The notes: a model not told the origin generated them from the sequence alone. Positions 34,448-43,122 are shown, numbered from the stretch's first letter. The stretch is 64,000 bases of DNA from Rhodobacterales bacterium (GCA_002747325.1 PDOZ01000032.1:6962-70961), one strand, 5' to 3'. Numbers and translations are program-made.

Positions 34448-36391
34448 ATGTCCACACCGGGAAATCTGATCGAACTGCGCGAAGAGAAAATCCGCGCGCA
34501 TTACGGCACGGCGGAAGGCATGCTCGACGGGTTCGACCACACGCCACGCCTCGCCAAACCGCGCGTGGAAGAAGCAGGCGCGCCGCGCGAACGCTCCCCC
34601 GGCATCCCCCGCGCCCGCCGCTTTCGCTCCACCACCCCCGGCCTCGTCACCCGTAGCACCGCCCGCCCCGAGGGGGTGCATCTCGGCGCGCGCATCGAGG
34701 CCGCCGACGCGGACGATCCCCTGATTTCCCCCGCGCAGGCCAGCGCGCTTTTTGCCCTGCGCCGCGCTTTGGCCATCGCGCTGGCCATCGCGGAGAATTA
34801 CGCCGAGCAAACCGGGCTGGAAGAGTTGAAAAAGCAAAATCTGGGCCACGCCCTGCCCGACAGCGCGCGCGCCAAATTCACCGAGCTTCTGACCGCCGAA
34901 GCCCTGATCGGCCTCGCCGCTTTCGCCAATGCCGCCGGGTTCCTGACCGCACCGCTGGCGGGGGAAACCAACGTCGAGATCGGCGCCATCGAAGAGGTGC
35001 TGACCGACAACCTTCCCCTCGCCTTGCACGGCGCGCTGTGGGAACTGGATCAGGTGTTGGCGACCCATGCCAACAGCCCCGAAACCTGCCTCGCCAGCAT
35101 CGCCGCGTTCAGCGAACAACTGATGGAAAAGGTCGCCCTGCGCGCGGGCAATACCCCCCGGCTCGATGCCTTCACCGCCTCCTCCATCCGCATCGAGGCG
35201 GACGACCTGACCATCGCCGGCTTTGCCCCCTCCCGCAAAGCGCGCGGCACCGCCCTGACCATGCAATTCAAGGCGCCGCATGAGGTCGTGGGCAACCATA
35301 TCGCCAAGTATCAGGCGATGAAGCTGGCCAAGATGCTGATGGCCTATGATTTCGAGCGCAAGCTCAACCCCTTCGCCGAAATGGGCGGCTTCATCTTCAC
35401 CTTCATGGGCGACGGCGCGCCGGGCACCGGCAAGACCACCCTGATCCAGATGATGGCCGGGCTGATCCACGGCTATTGCGAAAACGCGGGCTACCCCTTC
35501 CGCTACCAGAACTTCGGCATCGACAATATCGACAGCTATCAGGGCAAATCCGGCCAGAACGCAAAAGCCTTTATCAACAACGTGTTAGACCCCAATGTCA
35601 TCGGCTTTGGCACGGTGGACGACATCGACCAGATCGCGGGCAAACGTGGCGACCGGCAAAGCTCGGCGGGGCAACAGGAGGTCACGGCGGTGCTGATGGA
35701 AGCCTTCGCCGGGGCCAATACCGTCGTGCGTGGCAACGCCACGTTTGGCATGTTTTCCAACTACCCGGAGAATGTCGACGACGCGCTGCGCCAACGCGCC
35801 GGGGCACGCTTCCTTGTCGACGGCCCGCAAACCCGCGACGATTATATCGACATTTTAGCCCTCCTGATGGGCAAAAACCACGACATCCCGCTGGGCGATC
35901 ACGCGCTGTACGCCGCGCAACAGATCGAAAAGGCGGTGGCGCAGAGTTTCGAAAGCCACGCCCGCCCGAAAGAAGCCGCCCTGCTCAAGGTTTACGATCA
36001 GGTTTCCGGCGAACTCGGCCCCCTCGACACCCTCGCCAAACTCGGCACCTACCTGAAACGCATTCAGGAAGTCGACCACCGCTTCACCGGCCGTGCCATC
36101 AAGAACATCACCGACGCGATCAAGGTCCGCGCGATGGATTTTGAACTGCCGGACGAGTGGATGGAAGACCCCGACCGCTTCCTGTTCAAACCGTATGACG
36201 AGAAAAAAGGCATGATCGGAGAGTTGCGCCGCAAAATCACGCTGGACATGGTGCTACAGGAAATCAACCGCTACGCCGACAGCGAATTCCGCTACGCCAA
36301 CAAATCCGACGAAGCCGCCATCGCCAAAATGGTGCGCGACTTCGGCCTGACAGAAGAGGCCAAGCGGCGGTATCTGGAGGGGAAAGGGTGA
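34448..36391 (+). CDS. Classic-clade AAA+ ATPase with about 310-aa unknown N-terminal region and about 170-aa C-terminal extension
   Basis: Walker A GAPGTGKT (nt 35414-35437), Walker B FGTVDDID (VDDID at nt 35615-35629), and a sensor-1/second-region-of-homology-like FSNYPENVDDALRQRAGARF. AGGGGG Shine-Dalgarno upstream. Confidence 0.85.
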   Translation: MSTPGNLIELREEKIRAHYGTAEGMLDGFDHTPRLAKPRVEEAGAPRERSPGIPRARRFRSTTPGLVTRSTARPEGVHLGARIEAADADDPLISPAQASALFALRRALAIALAIAENYAEQTGLEELKKQNLGHALPDSARAKFTELLTAEALIGLAAFANAAGFLTAPLAGETNVEIGAIEEVLTDNLPLALHGALWELDQVLATHANSPETCLASIAAFSEQLMEKVALRAGNTPRLDAFTASSIRIEADDLTIAGFAPSRKARGTALTMQFKAPHEVVGNHIAKYQAMKLAKMLMAYDFERKLNPFAEMGGFIFTFMGDGAPGTGKTTLIQMMAGLIHGYCENAGYPFRYQNFGIDNIDSYQGKSGQNAKAFINNVLDPNVIGFGTVDDIDQIAGKRGDRQSSAGQQEVTAVLMEAFAGANTVVRGNATFGMFSNYPENVDDALRQRAGARFLVDGPQTRDDYIDILALLMGKNHDIPLGDHALYAAQQIEKAVAQSFESHARPKEAALLKVYDQVSGELGPLDTLAKLGTYLKRIQEVDHRFTGRAIKNITDAIKVRAMDFELPDEWMEDPDRFLFKPYDEKKGMIGELRRKITLDMVLQEINRYADSEFRYANKSDEAAIAKMVRDFGLTEEAKRRYLEGKG

Positions 36392-37296
36392 TGGAAAGAC
36401 GATTTGTTATTAAACCGGAAGGATCTCCCGATTTTCCCGGGATGATGTTTGTAACATTAAAAGCACTCAAAAAACTCGGTGGGTCTGCAAGAAACCAAGA
36501 GTTAGATGAAGCAGTCGTAGAACTCGAAGGTGTGTCCGAAGAAGAGCAATCATTTATGATGTCCGGCAAGAACAGCAGCCAGCCGCGACTGAACTATTAT
36601 CTGGCATGGGCAAGAACTTATCTAAAAAAGGCCGACCTAATCGAAAACTCCCAACGTGCCGTTTGGTCGCTTACAGATAGGGGAAAAGAACATCAAAGTC
36701 TTAAAAAACTGACCAACTTATATGACAGCACCGAAAAGGAGCGCTCGAAAAAACGACGTGCCGCCCAACAAAGTCAATCCGACCCGACGCAAAACGATCA
36801 GCCTTTCGATGCACCGGATGAGGAAGCGGCGACCGATGAAAACTGGCGTGAAAAGCTTCTTAGCGTATTGCGCGCAATGGATCCCAGCGCATTTGAACGC
36901 CTGAGCCAGAAACTTCTGCGCGAAGCTGGCTTTATCAAGGTGGAAGTGCGCGGAAAGAGTGGGGATGGCGGCATTGACGGTGTTGGTGTTTTGCGGATGA
37001 ACCTCGTGTCCTTTCAGGTGTTTTTCCAATGCAAACGCTATAAGGGCAGCGTCAGTTCCGGGGAAATTCGCGACTTTCGCGGTGCCATGATTGGCCGCGC
37101 GGACAAGGGGTTATTCATCACTACGGGAACCTTCACCGCTCAGGCTCGGAGCGAAGCCACGCGCGACGGTGCATCCACCATCGATCTGATCGACGGCGAA
37201 GCATTCTGCGATTTGCTCAAGGCAAATAACTTGGGCGTGGCAACAGAAATGATTGAGCGTGTCTCAATTAATGAAGCTTGGTTTGGAGCGGTTTGA
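36391..37296 (+). CDS. mrr: Mrr-family restriction endonuclease (Mrr_N winged helix plus PD-(D/E)xK Mrr_cat)
   Basis: N-terminus FPGMMFVTLKALKKLGGSARNQELDEAV...RLNYYLAWARTYLKKADLIEN...WSLTDRG (Mrr_N) and catalytic region GDGGIDGVGV...FQVFFQCKRYKG (D...QxK). The ATG overlaps the AAA stop by 1 nt (TGATG). GC is visibly lower than in the neighbours. Confidence 0.85.
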   Translation: MERRFVIKPEGSPDFPGMMFVTLKALKKLGGSARNQELDEAVVELEGVSEEEQSFMMSGKNSSQPRLNYYLAWARTYLKKADLIENSQRAVWSLTDRGKEHQSLKKLTNLYDSTEKERSKKRRAAQQSQSDPTQNDQPFDAPDEEAATDENWREKLLSVLRAMDPSAFERLSQKLLREAGFIKVEVRGKSGDGGIDGVGVLRMNLVSFQVFFQCKRYKGSVSSGEIRDFRGAMIGRADKGLFITTGTFTAQARSEATRDGASTIDLIDGEAFCDLLKANNLGVATEMIERVSINEAWFGAV

Positions 37297-37297
37297 C

Positions 37298-38638
37298 ATG
37301 AAACGTCTAATCGAACGCGGGCTGATGTTTGGCAACCTGATCCGGGTGGACAGTCCGGCTTTGGTGGGGCGCTATAACCGGGCGTTGGAGAAGCTCACCG
37401 GCAAGCGCACCGGGTTGCAGGCCTTTCATATCGACATTTCCGGCTACTCTTACGAGATGGGCGAGGAATTGGGGGATCATCTTTATCTCAACCCCAACGG
37501 CGTCAACCGGATGTTCATCCTGCTCACCACCGAACAGAAGCGCGCGCCTTTGCTCAACGCGCAATTCTCCACTTCGCGCGGAATTTTGCGCCAGTTCATT
37601 GAGGAAAACGAAGCCAAGCTGTTTGCCCTGACCGCGCATGACGCTGTAGCCGGGGAGTTGGACAATTCGGTATTTCGGGCCGACAGCCCGGCGCGACTGT
37701 TTGACATTCGTCGCATCACGATCGAGGCGGATACCACGCAGTCGCATGTCGAGAACGCCCGCAAGCTGGCGGAGAAGATCGAGACCTTTACCAGCGCCGA
37801 AAATGCGTGGTTCGATGAAGCACTGATCGACGAAATGATTGCGTTGGCGCGCGAAACCGGCGACGTAACGCGCCACCCGATCGACCTCGCACGGCCCACC
37901 TATGAGCAGGGCAATTTCTGGACCGCGCATTTTGGCGGCATTTATGTTTTCCGCGATGTGGACCGCCCCGCCGCGATTACCGTGCGCGACAAGGCATCGC
38001 TGTCGCCCATGCCGATTGACACGCTCGACCTGAGCGAGCGCAACGCCATCGCTGCCTTTCTCGACCGCAACGACCTCGTGGAACCGATCATCAAGGCGCG
38101 CGGCGTCGATGGGGCGGCGATCCTGCGGCAAAAGATGGATTTCATCCTTGTCGATGCGGCGACGCGGGCGGGGCTGGACATTCCCGGTTTCGACAGCCGC
38201 TCGCTGCACCGCTTGGCCACCCGCATGGGCCGCGCCCTGCCCGAAAGCTTCATCCAGCTGAACGCCCTCGTGCGTTGGGCGCTTAACGGGGGCAAATGGC
38301 CGCGCATCACCTCCAAAAGCCCGGCCTATTTCTACACCCTGCGCGCCCGCGCCGATCACCCGGACCGCGATCTGATTAACCAGCTTCTCACTGAGCTGTC
38401 CCCCGCCGACATCCGGCAACTCTTCATCACCCACAAACAAGCCTTCTACCGCGCCTATGCCAGCTGGCCCGAGCGCAAGAAAAGCTATGTTGCCGATTTC
38501 CTGCACCATGATTACATGGCAAACAAGGCAGGCGCGCGCGAGGCGCTGTTCGGCGGCAAACCAACCCCGCCGGAACGCGATCTGGTCGACCTCGTTGGCC
38601 CGTGGGGTGCCTTCAAACGCCGCGACCGCGACAGATAG
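37298..38638 (+). CDS. Hypothetical protein (446 aa), no recognisable domain
   Basis: ATG 37298 lies 1 nt after the mrr stop, and the high-GC codon usage matches the flanking genes. I recognise no catalytic motifs. Confidence 0.7.
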   Translation: MKRLIERGLMFGNLIRVDSPALVGRYNRALEKLTGKRTGLQAFHIDISGYSYEMGEELGDHLYLNPNGVNRMFILLTTEQKRAPLLNAQFSTSRGILRQFIEENEAKLFALTAHDAVAGELDNSVFRADSPARLFDIRRITIEADTTQSHVENARKLAEKIETFTSAENAWFDEALIDEMIALARETGDVTRHPIDLARPTYEQGNFWTAHFGGIYVFRDVDRPAAITVRDKASLSPMPIDTLDLSERNAIAAFLDRNDLVEPIIKARGVDGAAILRQKMDFILVDAATRAGLDIPGFDSRSLHRLATRMGRALPESFIQLNALVRWALNGGKWPRITSKSPAYFYTLRARADHPDRDLINQLLTELSPADIRQLFITHKQAFYRAYASWPERKKSYVADFLHHDYMANKAGAREALFGGKPTPPERDLVDLVGPWGAFKRRDRDR

Positions 38639-38646
38639 GAGCAAAC

Positions 38647-38913
38647 ATGCATTTCGTCAGACTGATTATCTTCGGCGGCCTTGCCCTGTCGGTAGTGTTC
38701 TTCGCCGCCTCGTGGTTTTTCCGCTCGACCCGCCGCGAGGCGCTGGAAAAGGAATGGGACGCCGACCACCCCGACGGGGACGAGGCGGATCGGGACGCCT
38801 TCGTCGAGGCAGGCATCGCCGAATATAACGCCGGCATCGTGCCCAAGCTCCTCTGGCTGATCTACATCCTCCCCGGCCTGTTCATCCTTTACACCCTGAT
38901 CACAACCAACTGA
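38647..38913 (+). CDS. Small membrane protein (88 aa, two predicted TM helices)
   Basis: MHFVRLIIFGGLALSVVFFAASWFF...acidic loop...LLWLIYILPGLFILYTLI. AGGAG lies 6 nt upstream and the start is 8 nt after the previous stop. Confidence 0.65.
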   Translation: MHFVRLIIFGGLALSVVFFAASWFFRSTRREALEKEWDADHPDGDEADRDAFVEAGIAEYNAGIVPKLLWLIYILPGLFILYTLITTN

Positions 38914-38921
38914 GACCCGCC

Positions 38922-39602
38922 ATGCGCATCTTTCGCAACACCTTACTCACCGTCTTCGCCCTGCTGGCATTCGGCTTTTTTCATTATGTGCTGCCGCAAC
39001 ACGACGTGGCCCGCATCACCGGCACCGAGATCATCCGCATGGATTTCTCCGGCTGGAACCGCATCTTCTTCGCCCGTTCTGACAGCGGCAACAGCGAGCT
39101 GACCACCCGCGACATCCGCCTCGTCAATGCGGTGAAGAAAAAGACCTGGATCTGGGGCTTTTTCCAGCGCGACAGCGAAGAGGTAATGGTTTACCGCAAC
39201 GAGGACACCGGCTGGATCTGGCCGCCCTATTTCAAGTTCGACAGTTCCGATTTGCAGGCACAGGCACTGGCCAACCTGTCCACGCCGGAGAAAGAACAAT
39301 GGGTCGTCATTACCCATTACGGCTGGCGCAACCGCTTCTTCACCATCTACCCGAACGTGGTCGGTATCCGTCCGGTCGATGGGCCGGATGTGCGGGTAAT
39401 CCCTTGGTTCAACATCATTTTCTTCGTGTCCCTCGCCTTTGTCCTCCTGTTCATCCGGGCGCTCTGGATACAATTTCGCGAGCGCAAGATCGACCCGGCG
39501 CTGGAGGATACCCGCGACGCATGGGAGAAGGTCGATGCCTATGCGGACGAAAAACGCGGGCGGTTTTCGCGCTGGCTCGATACGTGGCGCAGCAAGAAGT
39601 GA
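38922..39602 (+). CDS. DUF1523-like membrane-anchored protein
   Basis: 226 aa with an N-terminal TM helix (LLTVFALLAFGFFHYVL), an aromatic-rich middle (WIWGFFQRD, WIWPPYFKFD) and a C-terminal TM helix. The family name is recalled and was not searched. Confidence 0.65.
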   Translation: MRIFRNTLLTVFALLAFGFFHYVLPQHDVARITGTEIIRMDFSGWNRIFFARSDSGNSELTTRDIRLVNAVKKKTWIWGFFQRDSEEVMVYRNEDTGWIWPPYFKFDSSDLQAQALANLSTPEKEQWVVITHYGWRNRFFTIYPNVVGIRPVDGPDVRVIPWFNIIFFVSLAFVLLFIRALWIQFRERKIDPALEDTRDAWEKVDAYADEKRGRFSRWLDTWRSKK

Positions 39603-39693
39603 GGCAGGGCGCCGGTTTTTCCTTGCACTGAGGCCCGTTCGCGGGCTTCAATGACATACCCCGCGCCAAAAGCGGGGAACAGGAGGGAGATCC

Positions 39694-41160
39694 ATGAACA
39701 AGCTCAAGCTCGCCGCCGCCGTGCTGGCACTCACCGCCGGCACCGCCATGGCAAAGGACACACTAAGCGTCGGTATGGTGCTGGAACCGCCAAACCTTGA
39801 TCCGACCGCCGGGGCCGCTGCCGCCATTGACGAGATCGTTTACGCCAACGTCTTTGAGGGGCTGACCCGCTTTGGCCCGGATGGCGCCGTGCTGCCCGCG
39901 CTGGCGCATCATTGGGAAGTGTCCGAAGATGGGCTGATCTATACGTTCCATCTGGAGAGGGGTGTCACCTTCCATGACGGCACGGACATGAACGCCGCGG
40001 ACGTGGTGTTCAGCCTCGACCGCGCCCGTGCGGAAGGTTCGACCAACGCGCAAAAGCCGCTCTTTGCCGGGATCGAGAAGGTGGAAGCGATCGACCCGCT
40101 GACGGTTCAGGTCACGCTGTCTGAACCGAACGGCAATTTCCTCTTCAACATGGCCTGGGGCGATGCCGTCATCGTCGGCGAGGAGAGCATCGCGGAAGCC
40201 GCGACGCATCCGGTCGGCACCGGCCCCTTCGCCTTCACCGAATGGGTTGGCGGCGATCACGTCACCCTGACGCGCTCGGACAGCTATTGGGGCGATGCCC
40301 CGGCGCTGGCTTCCGCCACCTTCAAATTCATCTCGGACCCGAACGCCGCTTTCGCCGCGCTGATGGCGGGCGATGTCGACGCTTTCCCGAACTTCCCGGC
40401 GCCTGAAACGCTGGCACAGTTTGAAAACAACCCGATGTTCAAGGTGATTCGCGGCTCGACCGAGGGCGAAACCATCCTCACCATGAACAACAAATCCGGC
40501 ATTCTGACGGATGTGCGGGTGCGTGAGGCCATCGCCCATGCAATCAACCGCGCCGAGATCATCGACGGGGCCATGTTCGGTTTCGGCACCCCGATCGGCA
40601 CCCATTTCCCGCCGCATCACCCCGATTACGTCGACCTGACCGGCCTGTCCGAATATGACCCGGCGAAGTCGAAAGCACTTCTGGCCGAAGCCGGTGCGGA
40701 AGGCGAAACCCTGCGCCTCGCCCTGCCGCCCGCGCCCTATGCCCGCCGGGGCGGCGAGATCATCGCCTCGCAACTGCGCGCCGTGGGCCTGAAGGTTGAG
40801 GTGAGCAATGTCGAATGGGCGCAGTGGATCGAACAGGTGTTCAAGGGCAAGGATTTTGACCTGACCATCGTCAGCCACACCGAACCCGCCGACATCAACA
40901 CCTATGCCAACCCGGATTACTATTACCAGTATGACAACCCGGAGCTGCAAGCGTTGATCGCCAAACTGGCCGTAACCTCCGACCCGGCCAAGCGCTCGGC
41001 GCTCAACAAGGAAGCGCAGGAAATCATCGCGCGCGACTATGTGAACGGCTTCCTGTTCCAGCTCGCCAAAACCGGCGTCGCCAACGCGAAGGTGAACGGC
41101 CTCTGGGCCAACGCGCCGACACAGGCCAACGACCTGACCGGCGTATCCTGGGCCGACTGA
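39694..41160 (+). CDS. ABC transporter substrate-binding protein (family 5, peptide/nickel/opine type)
   Basis: Signal peptide MNKLKLAAAVLALTAGTAMA followed by a family-5 SBP core (488 aa). Confidence 0.88.
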   Translation: MNKLKLAAAVLALTAGTAMAKDTLSVGMVLEPPNLDPTAGAAAAIDEIVYANVFEGLTRFGPDGAVLPALAHHWEVSEDGLIYTFHLERGVTFHDGTDMNAADVVFSLDRARAEGSTNAQKPLFAGIEKVEAIDPLTVQVTLSEPNGNFLFNMAWGDAVIVGEESIAEAATHPVGTGPFAFTEWVGGDHVTLTRSDSYWGDAPALASATFKFISDPNAAFAALMAGDVDAFPNFPAPETLAQFENNPMFKVIRGSTEGETILTMNNKSGILTDVRVREAIAHAINRAEIIDGAMFGFGTPIGTHFPPHHPDYVDLTGLSEYDPAKSKALLAEAGAEGETLRLALPPAPYARRGGEIIASQLRAVGLKVEVSNVEWAQWIEQVFKGKDFDLTIVSHTEPADINTYANPDYYYQYDNPELQALIAKLAVTSDPAKRSALNKEAQEIIARDYVNGFLFQLAKTGVANAKVNGLWANAPTQANDLTGVSWAD

Positions 41161-41177
41161 ACCTGATAAACCCCACC

Positions 41178-41205
41178 AAAAGGGCGCCCCACGGCGCCCT
41201 TTTTT
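41178..41205 (+). terminator. Rho-independent terminator/attenuator after the SBP gene
   Basis: AAAAGGGCGCC-CCAC-GGCGCCC followed by TTTTTT, 18 nt after the stop. The permease genes follow about 150 nt later. Confidence 0.8.
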
Positions 41206-41356
41206 GTGCCCACGCCCCGCAAAAGCGCGCCCGGCTCGCCCATAGCGGGAAAACCGACACCGCATTCGCGTTCTTTCTCCCCGCATCTCCCTGATTTCAA
41301 ACCAAATCCGTGGCTTTTTGTTGCAGGTTAAATCCTTTTCGCCGTAGGCTTCCCTT

Positions 41357-42304
41357 ATGTTGCGTTTCGCTCTGACCCGCGCGGCCTCTCTGGCCCTTAG
41401 CCTTGCTGTCGCCTCGGTGGTGATCTTCGCGGCGATTGAGGTCGTGCCCGGCGATCCGGCGAGCTTCATGCTCGGTCTGAACGCGACCGATGAGGCCGTG
41501 GCCGCGCTGTCCAAAGAGCTGGGCCTCGATGGCAGTCTGGTCTCGCGCTATTTCAACTGGATCGGCGGCATGTTGACCGGCGATTTCGGCACGTCTTATA
41601 CCTACCGCAAGCCCGTCGCCGAACTGGTTTCGCAGCGCGTTGCGGTGTCGCTGCCCCTCGCCCTCTATGCCCTCGCCCTTTCGACCCTGATCGCCCTGCC
41701 CATCGGCCTGATCGCCGCCGCCCGGCGCGGCAGGGCCACCGATTACACCATCATGGGCGCGACCCAGCTTGGCATTGCGGTGCCGAATTTCTGGTTCGCC
41801 ATGCTGCTGGTGCTGCTCTTCGCGGTCAAGCTGCGCTGGTTCTCAGCGGGCGGCTTTCCCGGCTGGGACGCCGGGTTCCTGCCCGCGATGAAGGCCCTGA
41901 CCCTGCCCGCCATCGCGCTCGCCCTGCCACAAGCCTCGATCCTCGCGCGCGTGCTGCGTTCCGCCGTGATCGACACCCTGTCGCAGGATTACATCCGCAC
42001 CGCCCGCGCCAAGGGGCTGACCCGCCAGCAAGCCACCACCCGCCACGCGCTGCAAAACGCCCTGATCCCGGTCCTGACCATCATCGGCATGCAGTTCTCC
42101 TTCCTGCTCGCCGGGGCCATCATCATTGAAAACGTTTTCTTCCTGCCCGGCCTCGGACGGCTGGTGTTTCAGGCCATCACTCAACGCGACCTGATCGTGG
42201 TTGAAAGCCTCGTCATGCTGCTGGTCTTCGCGGTGATCCTCGTCACCTTCCTCGTCGACATCGCCTATGCCGCGGTCGACCCACGCCTGAGGAAACGCGC
42301 ATGA
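41357..42304 (+). CDS. ABC transporter permease (DppB-like)
   Basis: MLRFALTRAASLALSL...LGLDGSLVSRYFNWIGGML...YIRTARAKGL. Confidence 0.88.
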   Translation: MLRFALTRAASLALSLAVASVVIFAAIEVVPGDPASFMLGLNATDEAVAALSKELGLDGSLVSRYFNWIGGMLTGDFGTSYTYRKPVAELVSQRVAVSLPLALYALALSTLIALPIGLIAAARRGRATDYTIMGATQLGIAVPNFWFAMLLVLLFAVKLRWFSAGGFPGWDAGFLPAMKALTLPAIALALPQASILARVLRSAVIDTLSQDYIRTARAKGLTRQQATTRHALQNALIPVLTIIGMQFSFLLAGAIIIENVFFLPGLGRLVFQAITQRDLIVVESLVMLLVFAVILVTFLVDIAYAAVDPRLRKRA

Positions 42305-43122
42305 ACTGGCCGCTTTCGCTCAAGATCGGCGCCGCGCTGGCCCTGTTCTTCCTCGCCGCCGCCGGGTTGAGTTTCCTGTGGACGCCGCATGACACCACCG
42401 CGCTGATCATCGCTGACAAGCTGCAAGGCCCGTCGCTGAAATACCCGCTGGGCACCGACCATTTCGGCCGCGACACACTCTCCATGCTGATGGTCGGCGC
42501 GCGCACCTCGATTGCGGTGGCGCTGGTGGCGGTCGGGGTTGGTATGGGGCTGGGCGTGCCGCTGGGACTGATGGCCGCCGCCAACCGGGGCGGCTGGCTC
42601 GACGAGTTGATCATGCGTGGCAACGACCTGATCTTCGCCTTCCCCTCGCTGGTCATCGCCATCCTGATCACCGCCACTTTCGGCCCCTCCGCCGTCAATG
42701 CCATCCTCGCCATCGGCATTTTCAACATCCCCGTTTTCGCCCGCGTCACCCGCGGCGCGGCGCTATCGATCTGGACGCTGGATTACATCCTCGCCGCGCG
42801 GGTTTCGGGCAAGGGCAAGCTGCGCATTTCTGTCGAACACATCTTACCTAACGTATTGAATTTGCTCATTGTTCAGGGCACGATCCAGTTCTCTCTGGGC
42901 ATTCTGGCGGAAGCGGCGCTGTCCTATGTCGGCCTCGGCGCACAGCCGCCACTGGCCTCTTGGGGGCGGATGCTGGCGGAGGCGCAAACCATGATTTTCA
43001 TCGCGCCACGCCTCGCCCTGCTCCCCGGTTTCGCCATCATCGCCATGGTTCTGGGCCTCAACCTGATGGGCGACGGGCTGCGCGACCTTCTGGACCCACG
43101 CGTGCGGAGGGATCGCGGATGA
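42301..43122 (+). CDS. ABC transporter permease (DppC-like)
   Basis: 273-aa polytopic ORF that overlaps both neighbours by 4 nt. Confidence 0.88.
   Translation: MNWPLSLKIGAALALFFLAAAGLSFLWTPHDTTALIIADKLQGPSLKYPLGTDHFGRDTLSMLMVGARTSIAVALVAVGVGMGLGVPLGLMAAANRGGWLDELIMRGNDLIFAFPSLVIAILITATFGPSAVNAILAIGIFNIPVFARVTRGAALSIWTLDYILAARVSGKGKLRISVEHILPNVLNLLIVQGTIQFSLGILAEAALSYVGLGAQPPLASWGRMLAEAQTMIFIAPRLALLPGFAIIAMVLGLNLMGDGLRDLLDPRVRRDRG

Noticed and set aside
32175-39602. Assignment of the operon to a named defence system (RADAR, PARIS, AVAST, Zorya, Gabija, Septu, Lamassu, BREX/DISARM, Ter cluster)
   Set aside because: The gene content does not fit any of them. There is no adenosine deaminase, Toprim, STAND NTPase, MotAB-like pair, methyltransferase, SMC-like protein or TerB/C/D/Z gene. 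The ATPase is classic-clade AAA rather than ABC or STAND type.
39763-41514. 583-aa minus-strand ORF
   Set aside because: It is antisense to the family-5 SBP gene and crosses a strong + strand terminator. It is a shadow ORF.
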